Below are positions 32,934 to 34,544 of a stretch of 34,544 nt of DNA, one piece after another. This DNA comes from Vicinamibacteria bacterium (GTDB lineage: Bacteria > Acidobacteriota > Vicinamibacteria > Fen-336), in contig JBGASI010000002.1 of the NCBI GenBank assembly GCA_044229815.1, forward strand, positions 1 to 34,544, read 5' to 3'. The position numbers were made by a program, and so were the translations under genes. The first letter of the stretch is position 1, and every line of letters begins with the position of its first letter. A model generated the notes under the pieces. It ran no database searches and was not told the origin of the DNA. It was given only the letters and a program-made list of their open reading frames with translations.

Positions 32934-33011
32934 CACACAACCCTATGCAGTTCCTCGGTTTTCCTGTAAACTCCCGTCGGCTGTGGTACGGCCAGGGAGG
33001 GCTGTCTCCAG

Positions 33012-34544
33012 GTGACGGAGCAGGCGGTCCTGCATGACGCGCGGCGATACCTCGGGATGCTGCACAAGCGGCGCGGCATCATCCTGACTTGTTTCGTCGT
33101 GTCGGTGTCGTCGGCGGTGCTCTACAACTACACGACGCGGCCGGTCTACCAGGCGACGACGCAGATCCTGATCGACCGCGACACGCCGAACGTGCTGCCC
33201 AACAAGGAGCTCGTGGAGCTCGTGCAGGGCGGCATGGACTACTACCAGACGCAGTACCAGCTGCTGCGCGGCCGCACGCTGGCCGAGCGCGCCGTCGAGC
33301 GGCTCGGGCTGCAGAAGATCCCCGAGCTGGCGACCGGTCCGATGATGAGCCCCTGGGAGCGGGTGCGCCGCCTGTTCGGCCAGGCACCCTCGGCGGTCGT
33401 CGACCCGTCGGGCATGCCGCTCTCGCCGGCCGCCGCAGCCTTCCGCTCGCGCATCGACGTCGAGCCGGTCACCGGTTCGCGCCTCGTGAACCTGCGCTTC
33501 CGCGCCTACGACCCGCAGGTCGCCGCCAACGCGGCCAACGCGCTCGCCCAGCTCTACATCGAGCAGTCGCTCGAGCTGCGCTTCACGACCTCGACCGAGG
33601 CCACCGGTTGGCTGTCGGATCGACTGAAGGAGCAGCAGGCCAAGGTCGAGACGGCCGAGAAGGCGCTGCAGGAGTACCGCGAGCGCGAGGGGCTCGTGAA
33701 CCAGGAGGATCGGCAGGGGCTCGTCGAGCAGAAGCTCGAGACGCTGAACGGCGCCGTGCTCGAGGCGCGCACCGAGCGCATCGCCAAGGAGTCGCTGTAC
33801 CGCCAGATCGCGACGCTCAGCCCCGACCAGGTCGAGAGCTTCCCGCTGGTGCTCAGCAGCGAGGCGGTGCAGGCGCTGAAGCTGGAGCTCTCGACGCTGC
33901 AGAAGGACGAGGCCCGGCTCGCCGACACGCTCGGCGACCGCCACCCGGACATGGTGCGGCTGCGCGGCCAGATCCGGGCGGCCCAGGACAAGATGCGCCT
34001 CGAGATCCGCAACGTCGCGCGCGCGGCCGAGAGCGAGTACCGCACGGCGCTCGCCAAGGAGGCGCGCCTCGCGGCGGGGCTCGAGTCGGTGAAGGACGAG
34101 GCCCAGTTCACGAGCCGCAAGGCGATCGAGTTCTCGGTCCTCAAACGCGAGGTCGAGACGAACCGCCAGCTCTACCAGGACCTGCTGACGAAGACGAAGC
34201 AGACCGGGCTCGAGACCGAGCTCAAGACCACGAACATCCGCGTCGTCGAGAAGGCGGAGGCGCCCCGCGGTCCGATCAGCCCGAACCGCACGCGCAACTA
34301 CCAGGTGGCGCTCGTGCTCGGCCTGCTGGTCGGCGTCGGGCTCGCGCTGGGCTTCGAGCACCTCGACAACACGTTCAAGACCCCCGACGACGTGAAGGAG
34401 CAGCTCGGCCTGCCGTTCCTCGGCATGGTCCCGGACGTGGGCCTCAAGGGCGGGACGCGCGGCGCCCCGGCGGCGCTGATCCGCTACACGAGCTCCGGCG
34501 TGGCCGACGCCTACCGCGTGCTGCGCACGAACCTGATCTTCACC
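33012..34544 (+). CDS. wzc: Polysaccharide co-polymerase (Wzc/GumC-like) 2, partial (3' end beyond window)
   Basis: Absent from the ORF track because it has no in-window stop. Hand translation from GTG 33012 gives 511 open codons to the window end; the preceding in-frame stop is at 32967. It reads VTEQAVLHDARRYLGMLHKRRGIILTCFVVSVSSAVLYNYTTRPVYQATTQILID (Wzz N-terminus). A long coiled-coil region follows, then a second TM VALVLGLLVGVGLALGF, then ADAYRVLRTNLIFT where the kinase domain begins. GGGAGG lies 11 nt upstream. Confidence 0.85.
   Translation, partial: MTEQAVLHDARRYLGMLHKRRGIILTCFVVSVSSAVLYNYTTRPVYQATTQILIDRDTPNVLPNKELVELVQGGMDYYQTQYQLLRGRTLAERAVERLGLQKIPELATGPMMSPWERVRRLFGQAPSAVVDPSGMPLSPAAAAFRSRIDVEPVTGSRLVNLRFRAYDPQVAANAANALAQLYIEQSLELRFTTSTEATGWLSDRLKEQQAKVETAEKALQEYREREGLVNQEDRQGLVEQKLETLNGAVLEARTERIAKESLYRQIATLSPDQVESFPLVLSSEAVQALKLELSTLQKDEARLADTLGDRHPDMVRLRGQIRAAQDKMRLEIRNVARAAESEYRTALAKEARLAAGLESVKDEAQFTSRKAIEFSVLKREVETNRQLYQDLLTKTKQTGLETELKTTNIRVVEKAEAPRGPISPNRTRNYQVALVLGLLVGVGLALGFEHLDNTFKTPDDVKEQLGLPFLGMVPDVGLKGGTRGAPAALIRYTSSGVADAYRVLRTNLIFT

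Noticed and set aside
32943-34361. 472-aa minus-strand ORF, the only track ORF covering the right end
   Set aside because: It is the antisense shadow of a plus-strand Wzc-like gene. That gene is missing from the track only because it has no in-window stop. The plus frame shows the Wzz N-terminus, coiled coil, second TM and kinase-domain entry.
1-34544. Assignment of the locus to a PEP-CTERM/exosortase system
   Set aside because: AsnB-like amidotransferases, an O-antigen-ligase-like protein, and OPX, PCP and barrel genes are typical neighbours of exosortase loci. However, I see no exosortase (EpsH-like) gene, no PEP-CTERM-tailed proteins, and no associated ATPase, deacetylase or FemAB genes. 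The label would be speculation without flanking sequence and TIGRFAM-type searches.
1-34544. CRISPR arrays, tRNA/rRNA genes, IS elements, integrases, toxin-antitoxin or phage-defence cassettes
   Set aside because: No spaced direct repeats, no cloverleaf-sized conserved non-coding stretches, and no transposase, integrase or nuclease-like translations were seen. Every gap over 100 nt was read by eye and contains only short hairpins or promoter-like motifs.
806-34544. The two export modules as a recent DNA-level inverted repeat
   Set aside because: The protein pairs share only scattered motif blocks by eye, and I noticed no long identical nucleotide runs. They therefore look like ancient paralogues. 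A dot-plot would be needed to be certain.

Overview
High-GC window (six hand-counted 60-nt lines range 57-73% GC), almost entirely coding. The source looks like a diderm bacterium; the taxon cannot be fixed from sequence alone. I read the window as one large cell-surface polysaccharide biosynthesis and export locus with 27 genes (two truncated by the window edges) plus one gene remnant. Gene order, with strand in brackets:
- FecR-domain protein (-)
- Wzc-like BY-kinase co-polymerase (-)
- Short Wza-like OPX (-)
- Beta-barrel OMP (-)
- WecA/MraY-type initiating transferase (-)
- GT-B glycosyltransferase (-)
- Promoter/terminator gap
- DUF218 protein (-)
- AsnB-like amidotransferase 1 (-)
- Wzy_C/O-antigen-ligase-like protein (+)
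- GT-C-like membrane protein (-)
- GT-B (-)
- SDR epimerase/dehydratase (-)
- GT-B (-)
- Wzm (+)
- Wzt with C-terminal extra domain (+)
- SAM methyltransferase (+)
- GT2 (+)
- Membrane-anchored GT2 (-)
- GT-B (+)
- GT2 (+)
- GT-B (+)
- Acyltransferase-3 (+)
- SGNH-hydrolase remnant (-)
- AsnB-like amidotransferase 2 (-)
- GT-C-like protein 2 (+)
- Second beta-barrel OMP (+)
- Second short OPX (+)
- Second Wzc-like PCP (+, runs off the window)

I saw no tRNA, rRNA, CRISPR array, transposase, integrase or recognisable defence genes. Most long ORFs in the six-frame track are high-GC shadow ORFs of these genes.

The points most worth a second look:
- Two diverged barrel-OPX-PCP export modules sit in inverted orientation and bracket the glycosyltransferase core.
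- ABC-transporter parts (Wzm/Wzt plus methyltransferase) are mixed with Wzy/Wzc-type parts, and no Wzx-like flippase is visible.
- A CxxC...CxxC insertion sits in the SDR enzyme.
- An AMIN-like domain sits on one barrel.
- A truncated SGNH gene marks a probable recombination seam.

All functional calls come from motifs read by eye. No database search was possible, so family assignments need HMM and structure confirmation.
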